From an uncultured Bacilli bacterium (GTDB taxonomy: Bacteria; Bacillota_I; Bacilli_A; RFN20; CAG-288), in assembly GCA_934725685.1 (NCBI GenBank), contig CAKVBX010000004.1, positions 7,353 to 71,352 of the forward strand: a DNA stretch of 64,000 nucleotides. The letters are read 5' to 3'. This document shows positions 43,813 through 53,439 of this stretch, piece after piece. The notes under the pieces are model-generated. The model saw only the letters and a program-made list of their open reading frames with translations. It was not told where the DNA came from and searched no databases. A program made the translations under genes and the position numbers. How positions within the stretch are numbered: the stretch's first letter is position 1; every line of letters starts with the position of its first letter.

Positions 43813-45537
43813 TTATTGATTGGCAGTGTTGAGTGCCTTGTTGAAAGAGGTGTTGGCTTTACAGGCTTTGGCGTAAGCGCGAGAGAAGTCTCCTTCCCAG
43901 TAGGCGCTCTCCGCCTCTCTCACAAGCTTGTCACAGTCAGTGTAGTCAAGGCGGTAGGCATTGGCATAGACAATGGCCTGTTCGGCCTTGTCAGCTTCTT
44001 CAATTTTCTTCTTTGCATCATCCAAGAAGACCTGGCAGTCATCATGAAGGGAATTGAAGCGGGAGACGATTTTGCTGACATCCATCGGAAGAACATGGAG
44101 CAGGCTGCTGATTGCATCAATTTCCGAAAGGAAACGGTTGATGCGGAAATCGCTGCTCTCGAGGAAATCATTCAGTCCGAGATGGCGGATTTTGTTTCTC
44201 ATTGTGAGGATATCGACCACACAGTTTCTCAGTCCCTGGTAGACATCCTCCATGGACTGGCGGAGAGAATTGACATATTGCTGATAATCCTTCATCGTGC
44301 GTTCGCACTTGGTCATCTCAGAGCGCATTTCAGAGCTCTTCTTCATGATGATGGTGTAAGGCTGACGATTGGAGGTATCGAGATAGGAGTCGAGCTGACG
44401 CTTGAGAATGCCGATGTTCTCGATATCGTTCTTCAGGGCAGTCATCTGATCCACATACTTCCGGTTAAGGACATAGACTTTGTCGTATTCCGGAAGGCTG
44501 TTCATCAGGAGGCTATAGGTTCTTTCATCTTCGTAGGTGGAATCATCCATGGCGTTACGGGTGTTGAAATAATTGGTCTTGGCCAGTTTCTCTTCTTCGA
44601 AGGCGGCATTGATATCGGTGATTTCCGACTGGATGGCATCAATTTTGTCATGGACACCCTGGGTGTCGAGAACAAGGAGCTGGTTTTTCAGGCTGGCGAT
44701 TTCGTTCTTAATCTTCTCGATCCGTTCTTCGACATGGAGATGACGGATGACATAGTCTTCCTTCACCATGCTCTGATAGGTCTTCAGAAGATCATCGAGC
44801 TTTTTGGGAAGCACGGTGGAAACACTCGCCTGAAGGAACGGAATCTGCGTCATGACAGCGCTGATGACTGTGAGAATTTCGTCAAGTTCGTTCAAGGCCT
44901 TCTGTGCTTCATCATATTTGGCTTCGTTGGTCAGAGTCTGGAACTGTTCAAGTCTCTTCTTGGCATCACTGATGACGTACTCAAAAGAGACTTCCAAACC
45001 TTTTAGTTCATTGACATGATTATTATAGAAGTTTTCGATTTCCCGGAATTTTGATTTGACCGGAACAGAGGCGGAATTGATGACATCGTCCTCCTGAAGC
45101 AGCGTGGAAAGGTCAGAAGAGAAGTCGGAGACCAATTTGCTGAAGGAGCTGAGACTATTTGCAATCTCACTTTCGGCTTCCCGGACTCTATGGTATTCCT
45201 TGGCTTTCACCATGCTCTCCAAAGAGGCAATCGACCGAGCAATCGGAGCATCTTTTCTGTTCAGAATATCGTCGTACTGTTTTTTTCTGTCGGCATAGAT
45301 GTTCTGATACTCCTCGGAATAATGTCCGAGCGTCTCCAGACGGGTCAGAGAAGTATTGCAGTTGTTCGCAAGGCGGAAATGGATGTCATCATATTGTTTT
45401 TTGAGATTGCTGGAAGCGGAGGAAAAACGATGCTTGTGGAAGAGGATGGCACCAACAACGGCACCGGCGACAGCGACGACGGAAACGACACTGATAACAA
45501 TAATGGTGGGAACGCTCATCAAAATGGGAAGAGACAT
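43813..45537 (-). CDS. ezrA: Septation ring formation regulator EzrA
   Basis: N-terminal TM anchor followed by about 540 aa of coiled-coil repeats. The C-terminal patch (AIVYANAYRLDY...EAESAYWEGDFSRAY) parallels the Bacillus EzrA QNR patch. Synteny with nifZ-thiI supports the call. Confidence 0.7.
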   Translation of the reverse strand: MSLPILMSVPTIIVISVVSVVAVAGAVVGAILFHKHRFSSASSNLKKQYDDIHFRLANNCNTSLTRLETLGHYSEEYQNIYADRKKQYDDILNRKDAPIARSIASLESMVKAKEYHRVREAESEIANSLSSFSKLVSDFSSDLSTLLQEDDVINSASVPVKSKFREIENFYNNHVNELKGLEVSFEYVISDAKKRLEQFQTLTNEAKYDEAQKALNELDEILTVISAVMTQIPFLQASVSTVLPKKLDDLLKTYQSMVKEDYVIRHLHVEERIEKIKNEIASLKNQLLVLDTQGVHDKIDAIQSEITDINAAFEEEKLAKTNYFNTRNAMDDSTYEDERTYSLLMNSLPEYDKVYVLNRKYVDQMTALKNDIENIGILKRQLDSYLDTSNRQPYTIIMKKSSEMRSEMTKCERTMKDYQQYVNSLRQSMEDVYQGLRNCVVDILTMRNKIRHLGLNDFLESSDFRINRFLSEIDAISSLLHVLPMDVSKIVSRFNSLHDDCQVFLDDAKKKIEEADKAEQAIVYANAYRLDYTDCDKLVREAESAYWEGDFSRAYAKACKANTSFNKALNTANQ

Positions 45538-45554
45538 AGTTTTACTCCCCGTTC

Positions 45555-46574
45555 TTACTTAGTGGTGGAACGCTTGTTGTAAGTGGCACGGAAGCGGAAC
45601 GTCTTGGTCGGAGCGGAGTTGCCATCATCGTTGAGGAGCTTGGTGAGCATACGGACGGCAACAGAACCGACTTTGAACATATCCATGGAGAAAGAGGAAA
45701 TCTCCGGCCTTGTCATATAGGAAACCTTGCTTCCGATGGCGGAGAGGACTTCGATGTCCTCCGGGATGCGGAGGCCGGATTCGATGGCGGCATTGACGAC
45801 AGCGGCAGCGAGAGAATCTCTCGGTGCGACAAAATAACCCTTGCGATGGGTCTTGAAGAATTCCTTCATGGCAGGATAGACAATGCTATAGGAATCGTTG
45901 AGGGTGATGGTTTCGATGTGTCTGTCATTGGCCTTGGCGTAATCGAGAAGTCCGTCGCGGATTTCGTCGAGCATCTTGCCCTGATTGACGACGTCGAGGA
46001 TAAAGACATCGTCTTCCTTGGTGGACATCATGTGTTCCTTGACGACATCCATGACCGGATCCTTGTATTCGATGATGATGGAGCCTAAGGAATCGCCTTC
46101 CATATCGTGACCGACGACGATGAGCGGGATGTGATAGTTCTGGATGGAACGGATTTCATCGGTTCCGAGTTCATCGTCATAGATGACGGCACCGTCGACA
46201 TGGGACTTGATGAGGGATTCGATGACGGCACCGGAATCCTCTTTCGTTCTCTTGGTGATGAAAATCGAAGTGATGTATTTATAAATTTTGGCGACTTCGA
46301 TCATGCCGTCGAGCATATTGGAAACATAGGAATAACCCGTGGACGGAATCATGATACCGATGTTGGTGGAACGGGAGTTGGCAAGGCCCTGCGCAAGGGC
46401 AGAGGGCTTGTATCCCAATCTCTGAATGGCATCATTGACGGCCTTTTTGGTCTTTTCCGTCACGTTCTGATGGTTGTTGATGACACGGCTGACAGTTGCC
46501 AGGGAAACACCGGCCACTTTGGCGACCTCATAGATAGTCACTCTGTCTTTAAACATTTTCTTGTTGTCTTCCAT
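45555..46574 (-). CDS. ccpA: LacI-family regulator, CcpA-like
   Basis: HTH VTIYEVAKVAGVSLATVSRVINN. The protein resembles B. subtilis CcpA as I recall it along its length, including IYKY and the C-terminal VRMLTKLLN...KRSTTK (compare MRLLTKLMN...RKSTK). Confidence 0.55.
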   Translation of the reverse strand: MEDNKKMFKDRVTIYEVAKVAGVSLATVSRVINNHQNVTEKTKKAVNDAIQRLGYKPSALAQGLANSRSTNIGIMIPSTGYSYVSNMLDGMIEVAKIYKYITSIFITKRTKEDSGAVIESLIKSHVDGAVIYDDELGTDEIRSIQNYHIPLIVVGHDMEGDSLGSIIIEYKDPVMDVVKEHMMSTKEDDVFILDVVNQGKMLDEIRDGLLDYAKANDRHIETITLNDSYSIVYPAMKEFFKTHRKGYFVAPRDSLAAAVVNAAIESGLRIPEDIEVLSAIGSKVSYMTRPEISSFSMDMFKVGSVAVRMLTKLLNDDGNSAPTKTFRFRATYNKRSTTK

Positions 46575-46610
46575 AATTCCTCCTCGTCAAAAATATTTGA
46601 CTTCAAGAAG

Positions 46611-46639
46611 ATTATATATATTTAATAACCTATAGTCAA
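46611..46639 (-). promoter_or_regulatory. Near-consensus sigma-A promoter of the ccpA-like gene
   Basis: On the minus strand, TTGACT (comp. 46634-46639), a 17-nt spacer, then TATAAT (comp. 46611-46616). Confidence 0.6.
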
Positions 46640-46646
46640 AGCTCTA

Positions 46647-46660
46647 TGAAAATATTTTCA
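46647..46660. promoter_or_regulatory. Perfect 14-bp palindrome, cre-like, abutting the -35
   Basis: TGAAAATATTTTCA matches cre (TGWNANCGNTNWCA) except at the central CG. Confidence 0.35.
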
Positions 46661-46700
46661 CGGAAGTTTTTCGTAGGGAAAAGACAAGGTTTTCCTTCTG

Positions 46701-46747
46701 AAAAAAAGCGGAAAAAGAAATCGCCTATGCCACTTCGGCATAGGCGA
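46701..46747 (-). terminator. Rho-independent terminator after rubrerythrin
   Basis: TCGCCTATGCC-ACTTC-GGCATAGGCGA, followed by a T-rich run on the minus strand. Confidence 0.8.
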
Positions 46748-46768
46748 ATGCTTTTCTCTCCGGGCAGA

Positions 46769-47332
46769 TCAGAGAGAATAATTCATGGCGTAGGGAAGGA
46801 ACGTATTCTTGTGTCCGCAGACAGGGCAGACCTTCGGAGCCGTCTTGCCGACATGGATATGTCCGCAGACTTCGCACTTCCAGACGACGAGGACATCCTC
46901 CTTGAGGACGGCCTTGTCCGTATGGAGCTGTTCGAGAAGGGATTTGTAACGTGCTTCGTGTCTCGCTTCGATCTTGCCGACAAGTTCGAACTTGGCAGCA
47001 ATTTCCATGAATCCTTCTTCGCGGGCGATGCGGGCGAATTCCGGATACATCTCAGTCTGCTCATAGTTTTCGCCATTTGCGGCATCCTCGAGATTCTTTT
47101 CGGTCGTAGGGATGTGTCCGCCATGGAGATACTTGAACCAGAGTTCGGCATGCTCCATCTCATTGAGAGAGGTCTCCATGAAAAGGTCGGAAAACTCCTT
47201 GTGCCCTTCCTTGGCGGCGACTTCGGCATAGTAGCGATATTTGGTGTGAGCCTGGCTCTCACCGGCAAAAGCGGCCTTCAGGTTAGCTTCCGTCTTCGTA
47301 CCTGCTAATTTCTTCAATTCTTCTTCAGTCAT
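46769..47332 (-). CDS. rbr: Rubrerythrin
   Basis: Diiron four-helix bundle (EANLKAAFAGESQAHTKYRYYA, two E..H motifs) plus a C-terminal rubredoxin CxxC...CxxC (CEVCGH...CPVCGH). The start is taken at MTEEELKK, preceded by AGGAGG. Confidence 0.9.
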   Translation of the reverse strand: MTEEELKKLAGTKTEANLKAAFAGESQAHTKYRYYAEVAAKEGHKEFSDLFMETSLNEMEHAELWFKYLHGGHIPTTEKNLEDAANGENYEQTEMYPEFARIAREEGFMEIAAKFELVGKIEARHEARYKSLLEQLHTDKAVLKEDVLVVWKCEVCGHIHVGKTAPKVCPVCGHKNTFLPYAMNYSL

Positions 47333-47356
47333 TTGGCATAGCCTCCTAGCTGACTT

Positions 47357-47365
47357 CATTATACC
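47357..47365 (-). promoter_or_regulatory. Extended -10 element (TGgTATAAT) for rbr
   Basis: The complement of 47357-47365 reads TGGTATAAT. It overlaps the upstream ATG of the ORF-track model, which argues for the downstream start. Confidence 0.4.
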
Positions 47366-47494
47366 ATGTTTGTTATTTCAGAAAAGGAAAATGCTCAGAG
47401 CCGATTGAACGGCTTTCATAGCTCTTTTCAGTTGACTTTTACTATGTAAAGGCGGAAAGTATAGAGCACGGAATCAAATTGAGGATTAGACTAT

Positions 47495-49285
47495 ATGAAC
47501 AAAATAAAGCGAAAACAAAGCACATTCCATCTCCTTCACTTTCTGAAGCCCTACCGGGTTTCCTTTCTCATTGCCGTCGTAGCGATTACTTTGGAGAACA
47601 TCCTTGAGATTTCTCTTCCGTTTCTGATGAATCAGTTACTCAAGAACGGCATGAGCAAGACACCGGACGGAAGCTATACCTACGATGCCCCCTATGTCTA
47701 TACCATCGGCGGCATCATGCTAGGCTTCGCCGTCTGTTCCTTTTTCCTCGGCGTCTTTTCCGCGAAGTTCACGGCAAAGGCGGGAAGAGGACTCGGATAC
47801 GAACTGAGAAGAGAAGAATACCGGAAGATTCAGGATTTTTCCTTTTCCAACCTCGATGAATTCCGGCTCAATTCCCTGATCACGAGAATGACAAACGATG
47901 TTCAGATCATCTCCGACACCTTCTGCCAGGTTCTACGTCCTTTGCTCCGCGCCCCTGTCCAGTTAGTCTGTGCCATCGTCTTCGCACTTCTCATCTCCAA
48001 AGAGCTCTCCCTTGTCTTCGCTATCGTCATTCCTGCCCTCGCCATTCTTCTTTCTGTCATCGTTTTCCTCTCCAGACCGAAGTTCTACAGGCTCCAAGGA
48101 GCACTCGACAGCATCAACCGGACGACGGAAGAATCCCTCACCGCCATGCGGATGGTCCGGGCCAATGCCAAAAAGGATTTCGAGAACGAAAAATTCAACA
48201 CGGTTAACACCCAAGTCAAAAAGATCGGAAACAGCGCCCTGAGTCTCATCGCCCTCAACCAGGGAATCATGCAGTTCATGACCTATGCCTGCATGGTCGG
48301 CATCCTTCTCATCGGCGGCACCAGCGTCTTTCAGAACTGGCACCCGGAGATTGAAGCCACGAAGACCGCCGCCGACATCGCCTCATTCTTAAGCTATGCC
48401 ACGCAGACGCTCACTTCCCTCATGATGATCTCGATGGTCTTCATGTCATTCACAAGAGCCAGCGCTTCCTTTTCCCGTGTGAAGGAAGTGTTCGATAGCC
48501 AGAGTGAAATCGTCGACAGAAAGGATTCCAGCCTTCGTGTTGCTGACGGCAGTATCGACTTCGACCATGTCAGTTTCCGATACAACAGAAGTGCAAAGGA
48601 AAACGTACTCTCTGATATCACTTTCCACATCAAGGACGGAGAGACCATCGGCATCCTCGGCGAGACCGGCTCGAGTAAATCGACCTTGATTTATCTTATA
48701 GAACGCTTTTATGATGCGACCGAAGGAAGAATTGCCATCTCCGGTCACGATATCAAAGATTATTCCCTCACTGAACTTCGCGACAGCATCGCCATTGCCT
48801 TCCAGAGCCCGAGGCTCTTCTCCGGAACCGTCCGGGAAAACCTCCTCTGGGGAAATAGGGAGGCTACAGAAGAAGACTTAGTCAAAGCCTGCCGCATCGC
48901 CTGCTGTCTCGATGTCATCGAGAACTCTTTCAAGGACGGCTTTGACACCTATATTTCCCAGAGCGGAAACAACATCTCCGGCGGACAGAGACAGCGAATC
49001 TGTATCGCCAGAGCCATTCTCCGCAATCCGAAGATTCTCATCCTCGACGACTCCTTCTCCGCTCTCGACCGCATGACGGAACACCGGCTCAAGGAAAACC
49101 TGAAAACCGAGCTTCCGCATATGACCAAGATCATCATCTCCCAGAAAGTCTCCGCCATCAAGGATGCCGACCGCATCATCGTCCTCAACGACGGCAAGAT
49201 CAACAATATCGGTACCGGAGAAGAGCTTCTCGCCAACGACAGTATCTATCAGGACATCTACAATATCCAGAAGGAGGGGCACTGA
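47495..49285 (+). CDS. ABC exporter half-transporter (TMD-NBD), chain with a degenerate catalytic site
   Basis: Walker A GETGSSKST and signature ISGGQRQR. The Walker B is ILILDDSFSALD, with Asp where the catalytic Glu is expected. Confidence 0.85.
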   Translation: MNKIKRKQSTFHLLHFLKPYRVSFLIAVVAITLENILEISLPFLMNQLLKNGMSKTPDGSYTYDAPYVYTIGGIMLGFAVCSFFLGVFSAKFTAKAGRGLGYELRREEYRKIQDFSFSNLDEFRLNSLITRMTNDVQIISDTFCQVLRPLLRAPVQLVCAIVFALLISKELSLVFAIVIPALAILLSVIVFLSRPKFYRLQGALDSINRTTEESLTAMRMVRANAKKDFENEKFNTVNTQVKKIGNSALSLIALNQGIMQFMTYACMVGILLIGGTSVFQNWHPEIEATKTAADIASFLSYATQTLTSLMMISMVFMSFTRASASFSRVKEVFDSQSEIVDRKDSSLRVADGSIDFDHVSFRYNRSAKENVLSDITFHIKDGETIGILGETGSSKSTLIYLIERFYDATEGRIAISGHDIKDYSLTELRDSIAIAFQSPRLFSGTVRENLLWGNREATEEDLVKACRIACCLDVIENSFKDGFDTYISQSGNNISGGQRQRICIARAILRNPKILILDDSFSALDRMTEHRLKENLKTELPHMTKIIISQKVSAIKDADRIIVLNDGKINNIGTGEELLANDSIYQDIYNIQKEGH

Positions 49286-51157
49286 ATGAAAAGCACCAAA
49301 CGGGCCGATAACCTTCCCAAGACCCTTTTCCGTCTTGTCTCCTACTTCAAAGATTACGCTTTTTTCTTCCTTCTCGCCCTCGTGACTGCTTCCCTCACCG
49401 GTGTCGCCAATGTCTTAGGCACCTATTTCGGCGGCTTTGTCACCGACCACATTCTCGAGTATGCAAATCTAGTCGGTACTTCGGCGGACACCGCCGCACT
49501 CCTTTCTCAATACTGGGGCATCTTCGTAAAGGATATCGTCACCATCGTCGGTATCTATGTCGGCGGTGTCTTCTGTGCCATCCTCCACAACGAAATCATG
49601 GTCAATCTGACCCAGAAGGTTCTCTTCCGCATCCGTTCCTCGCTGATGGTGAAGATGCAGGAACTTCCGATTTCCTTCTTCGATACGCATTCCCACGGGG
49701 AGATCATGTCCTTATTCACCAATGATGTCGATTCGATTCTTCAGGCGCTTAACGACGCCTTAGCCAACATCGTCCTCTCCTTCACCAACATGGTCGGCAC
49801 CATCGTCTCCCTCTTTGTCATCAATGTCCCCCTCTCCTTCATCGTCGTCTTCTTCCTCCTTGTCATGTTCGTCTTCATGTTCGTCAATGCGAAGGTTTCC
49901 AGAAAATACTACCGGCTTCAGCAGCAGACCCTCGCCGATGTCAACGCCGTCGTCGAAGAGGACATCGCCGGCGTCAGGGTCATCAAGGCCTTTTCCCACG
50001 AAGAGGAAAGCTTTGCCAAGTTCGACCGCTATAACGAAGAATGGAGAAAAGCGAGCCAGAATGCCTTCTACCATACCCAGGTCAACACGCCGTTCTTTGT
50101 CTCGCTCAGTTACTTCAATTTCTCCGTTTCTTCCGTCTGCGGCATTCTCGCCCTCTGTACCGGTTGGGCGGGTCCTCTCACCTTCGGCGGACTGCAGTCT
50201 TATCTCGTCTTCACCAGAAATGCCTGCCAGCCGTTCAACTACTTCACCCAGCATCTCAATTCGATTCTCGTCGCCAGTGCAGGTGCCGAACGGATTTTCC
50301 GTTTCCTCGATGAAAAGAGTGAGGAAGACCAGGGTGAGGTCGCACTGCTTCTTGCCGACAAAGAGAGCGAAGAGTTCACCAAACGTTATGTCTGGAAAAT
50401 GGAAGACGGATCGACAAGACCGATTCAGGGTGTCATCCGCTTTGAGAATGTCCATTTCTCCTATGTGAAAGGCAAGGAGATTCTTAAAGGCATCTCCTTT
50501 GAGGTACACCCCGGAAAGAAGGTGGCCTTTGTCGGCTCGACCGGAGCCGGAAAGACGACAATCATCTCTCTTCTCGCCCGGTTCTATCCGATCGACAGCG
50601 GAAAGATTACCTATGACGGCATCGATATTCAGGATATCAGACTCGATTCCTTGCGAAGGGCGCTCTCCATGGTGACCCAGGATACCCATCTTTTCACCGA
50701 TACCATCCTCGACAATATCCGTTATGTCCGGAGACATTCGACGGAGGAAGAAGTGAAAAATGCCAGTATCGCTTCTCACGCTGATTCCTTCATCCGCCGT
50801 TCTCCCCAAGGCTATCAGACGATGCTTTATGATGACGGCGGCAATCTCTCCGAAGGGCAGAGACAGCTCCTCGGTATCACCAGAGCGAGTCTCAACCATT
50901 CTCCGGTCATGATTCTCGACGAGGCGACCTCCAATATCGATACCCGCAGCGAGCTGCTCATCCAAGAAGGGCTGAAGACTATGATGAAAGGAAGAAGCGT
51001 CATCGTGATTGCCCACCGTCTTTCCACCATCCGCGATGCCGATGAAATCATGGTATTGGATCATGGTGTCATCATCGAACGTGGCACACAGGAAGCCCTG
51101 CTTGAAAGAAAAGGTGCCTATTATGATCTTTATACCGGAAAAATAGAACTGAGCTAG
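49286..51157 (+). CDS. ABC exporter half-transporter (TMD-NBD), partner chain
   Basis: Walker A GSTGAGKTT and Walker B MILDEATSNID with a canonical Glu. The signature is the non-canonical LSEGQRQL. The start abuts the upstream stop. Confidence 0.85.
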   Translation: MKSTKRADNLPKTLFRLVSYFKDYAFFFLLALVTASLTGVANVLGTYFGGFVTDHILEYANLVGTSADTAALLSQYWGIFVKDIVTIVGIYVGGVFCAILHNEIMVNLTQKVLFRIRSSLMVKMQELPISFFDTHSHGEIMSLFTNDVDSILQALNDALANIVLSFTNMVGTIVSLFVINVPLSFIVVFFLLVMFVFMFVNAKVSRKYYRLQQQTLADVNAVVEEDIAGVRVIKAFSHEEESFAKFDRYNEEWRKASQNAFYHTQVNTPFFVSLSYFNFSVSSVCGILALCTGWAGPLTFGGLQSYLVFTRNACQPFNYFTQHLNSILVASAGAERIFRFLDEKSEEDQGEVALLLADKESEEFTKRYVWKMEDGSTRPIQGVIRFENVHFSYVKGKEILKGISFEVHPGKKVAFVGSTGAGKTTIISLLARFYPIDSGKITYDGIDIQDIRLDSLRRALSMVTQDTHLFTDTILDNIRYVRRHSTEEEVKNASIASHADSFIRRSPQGYQTMLYDDGGNLSEGQRQLLGITRASLNHSPVMILDEATSNIDTRSELLIQEGLKTMMKGRSVIVIAHRLSTIRDADEIMVLDHGVIIERGTQEALLERKGAYYDLYTGKIELS

Positions 51158-51195
51158 TAGGTAGAATGCTATAATGAGTTCCGAACATGAGGTGA

Positions 51196-51852
51196 ATGAT
51201 GAACAAGAAAAAAGTACTGTGTTTCGATTTTGACGGAACACTCGCTGACAGTGAGCCGCTAGAGAAGGAATCCATCGTCCAGACCTTGGAGTATTTCGGA
51301 AACGAAAGTGTCACAAAGGAGAATCTATCTGACCATTATGGCCCGACAGAGACCGGCATTCTTCAGATGGTACTCGGAGAAGAGGAATCCGTCGCTGCCA
51401 TTCCGCATTTCTACGCCACTTATTCCGAGCTTCAGGAGCAATATCTGAAGAAATCCGAGGAAATCGAAGAGATGCTGAAGACCGTCCACGAAAAGCATCC
51501 GGAGACCATTCTGCTTCTCGTCACCGGAAGGGATGCCGAGACCCTCGATATTTCCTTAAGTTACCTCGGCTTCGGTTCCTTTTTCGTAAAGACCTATACC
51601 GGAAGTAAGGAAGGCATCAACAAAGACGAAAGCATGAAAAAAGCCATGCGCGACTTCGACTGCGACAAGGAAGACATGCTCTACATCGGTGACACCTTGG
51701 CCGATGTCCGCGTCATGAAAGAGAACGGATTCGATCTCTTCTCTGCCGGCTATTACCATGACAAAAGTTATCAGGAAAAACTCCGTAAGGAGAATGAAAA
51801 TACGTTCACGAGTATCCGTGAACTGAAAGAGGCACTCTTAGCAATTCTCTAG
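51196..51852 (+). CDS. HAD-superfamily hydrolase (phosphatase)
   Basis: Motif I is FDFDGTLADS. Motif IV is YIGDTLADV. Confidence 0.75.
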   Translation: MMNKKKVLCFDFDGTLADSEPLEKESIVQTLEYFGNESVTKENLSDHYGPTETGILQMVLGEEESVAAIPHFYATYSELQEQYLKKSEEIEEMLKTVHEKHPETILLLVTGRDAETLDISLSYLGFGSFFVKTYTGSKEGINKDESMKKAMRDFDCDKEDMLYIGDTLADVRVMKENGFDLFSAGYYHDKSYQEKLRKENENTFTSIRELKEALLAIL

Positions 51853-51883
51853 TCTGCCTAGCAATCAATGAAAGGAGGAACGT

Positions 51884-53428
51884 ATGGAAAACAAAGAAAA
51901 CAAACTCAGCCAAGAGAAGAAGCCATCCGGGCTTCCGCTTCCTGACCAGCCTGAAGGCGAGCAGGAAAAAATCGCCTTGGACGAAGAACTCCATTCCTCT
52001 TTGATCATCGGAGACAAAGACCGGCTGACCATCGCCTTGAAGGAGAATGCTCCGGTTCAGCTTTCAGATGCTCTAAATGCCTTGCGTTCGGATGAAGTCG
52101 TCCTTTTCTATTCCCTCACCGGGAACGATTACGACAAACTCGGTGAGATTTTCTCGTACCTTTATATTGAAAAGAAAATCGCCCTGATAGAACACCTGCC
52201 CAAGAAGAACCTTGCCATCGTCCTTCAGAATGTCTCCAACGATGACCTTTCCGACTTCCTCGAGGACGTGAAGAAACAGGTCCGCGAGAAAGTTTTATCC
52301 TATCTTCCGAACAAACGGAAGCAGCAGATCAAGGAACTCTCCCGCTATTCCGACGACACCGTCGGAAGTATCATGACCACCGAATTCCTCACAATTCAGA
52401 GCGGATGCAGAGTCCAGGATGTCTTTGAGAAAATCAAGGAAATCGGAAACACCCTCGAAACCGTCCGCACCATTTTCATCCTCGACAAATCCAACAAACT
52501 CATCGGCACCGAGCGGCTCGAAGACATGATGTTCGAGGAGAAAGACGAATTCATCGACAATGTCATGCAGAAGGACTTCCCCTACATCTCTCCGATTGCC
52601 GATAAGGAACAGGCTGTTCCAATCTGCGAAGAGTACGACCTCCCGGTTCTTCCCGTCGTCAGCAAGACCGGCGAAATGCTCGGCATCCTCACCTTCGACG
52701 ATGTCATGGATGTTCTCGAAGAAGAGAACACCGAAGACGTCCTCAAGCAAGGTGCCGTCTCTCCGACCCAGCGTCCGTACATGGAGAACAAAATTTTCAA
52801 CATCGCCCGTTCTTATGTCATCTGGCTGATTGCCCTTCTAGTCATCAACACCTTCTCCGGCATCATCGTCTCCCGTTTCGAATCCGCACTCCTCACTTTG
52901 CCCGTCCTCATCTCCTTTGTCCCTGCCCTGAATGACTCCACCGGCAACTCCGGAAGCCAGACCACTTCCATGGTCATCCGTGCCCTCACGACAGAAAATG
53001 TCAAGAGAAAGGATTACTGGAAGATCATCGGCAAAGAGTGTCTCGTCGGTTTGATCACCGGCCTTGTCGTCGCCCTCTTCAACTTCGGATGGGTCATGAT
53101 CGAACTCAACACTCCTCTGCTCAATGTCACCGACGAAATGAAGAAGACTTTGTTGGAGGATTTGCATTTCGGGAATCTCAACAATGGGATCCAATACGGA
53201 TACATGGTTATTGCAGCCATCGTCTCCGCCGCTTTATTCTTCGGCATATTCCTTTCCAAAATGTTCGCTTCCATTCTCCCTCTCATTGCAAAGGTTGTCC
53301 ATATCGACCCCGCTTTGATGTCCGGTCCGCTCGTTGCTTCTTTGATGGATATCATGACCCTGCTTCTCTACTTCGGCATCGCCATGGCTGTCATCGATAG
53401 CATCAATCCGGGCTTACTAGCCATGTAG
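51884..53428 (+). CDS. mgtE: Magnesium transporter MgtE (paralog 1)
   Basis: MgtE N-domain, CBS pair (VGSIMTTEFLTI..., LPVLPVVSKTGEMLGILTFDDVMDVLEEENTED), TM domain with GNSGSQ, and the late Asp (LVASLMDIMTLLLYF). Confidence 0.85.
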   Translation: MENKENKLSQEKKPSGLPLPDQPEGEQEKIALDEELHSSLIIGDKDRLTIALKENAPVQLSDALNALRSDEVVLFYSLTGNDYDKLGEIFSYLYIEKKIALIEHLPKKNLAIVLQNVSNDDLSDFLEDVKKQVREKVLSYLPNKRKQQIKELSRYSDDTVGSIMTTEFLTIQSGCRVQDVFEKIKEIGNTLETVRTIFILDKSNKLIGTERLEDMMFEEKDEFIDNVMQKDFPYISPIADKEQAVPICEEYDLPVLPVVSKTGEMLGILTFDDVMDVLEEENTEDVLKQGAVSPTQRPYMENKIFNIARSYVIWLIALLVINTFSGIIVSRFESALLTLPVLISFVPALNDSTGNSGSQTTSMVIRALTTENVKRKDYWKIIGKECLVGLITGLVVALFNFGWVMIELNTPLLNVTDEMKKTLLEDLHFGNLNNGIQYGYMVIAAIVSAALFFGIFLSKMFASILPLIAKVVHIDPALMSGPLVASLMDIMTLLLYFGIAMAVIDSINPGLLAM

Positions 53429-53439
53429 GAGGTTTTCCC

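Noticed and set aside
43696-45006. A 436-aa plus-strand ORF antisense to ezrA.
   Set aside because: Same shadow-ORF phenomenon as on pckA. It starts inside the nifZ/ezrA junction without an RBS. The sense strand encodes a coherent TM plus coiled-coil EzrA.
49760-51241. A 493-aa minus-strand ORF antisense to the second ABC exporter gene. Similar cases are 11111-11986, 18725-19414, 62011-62823, 46107-46625, 46646-47308 and 15126-15656.
   Set aside because: All lie opposite genes with clear family motifs. All have repetitive Asp/Gly/Glu/Val-rich translations and lack SD sequences. They are treated as compositional artefacts.
51853-51883. An M-box (Mg2+) riboswitch expected upstream of mgtE.
   Set aside because: Only about 31 nt separate the HAD gene stop and the mgtE start, which is far too short for an M-box. 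No such structure is present.
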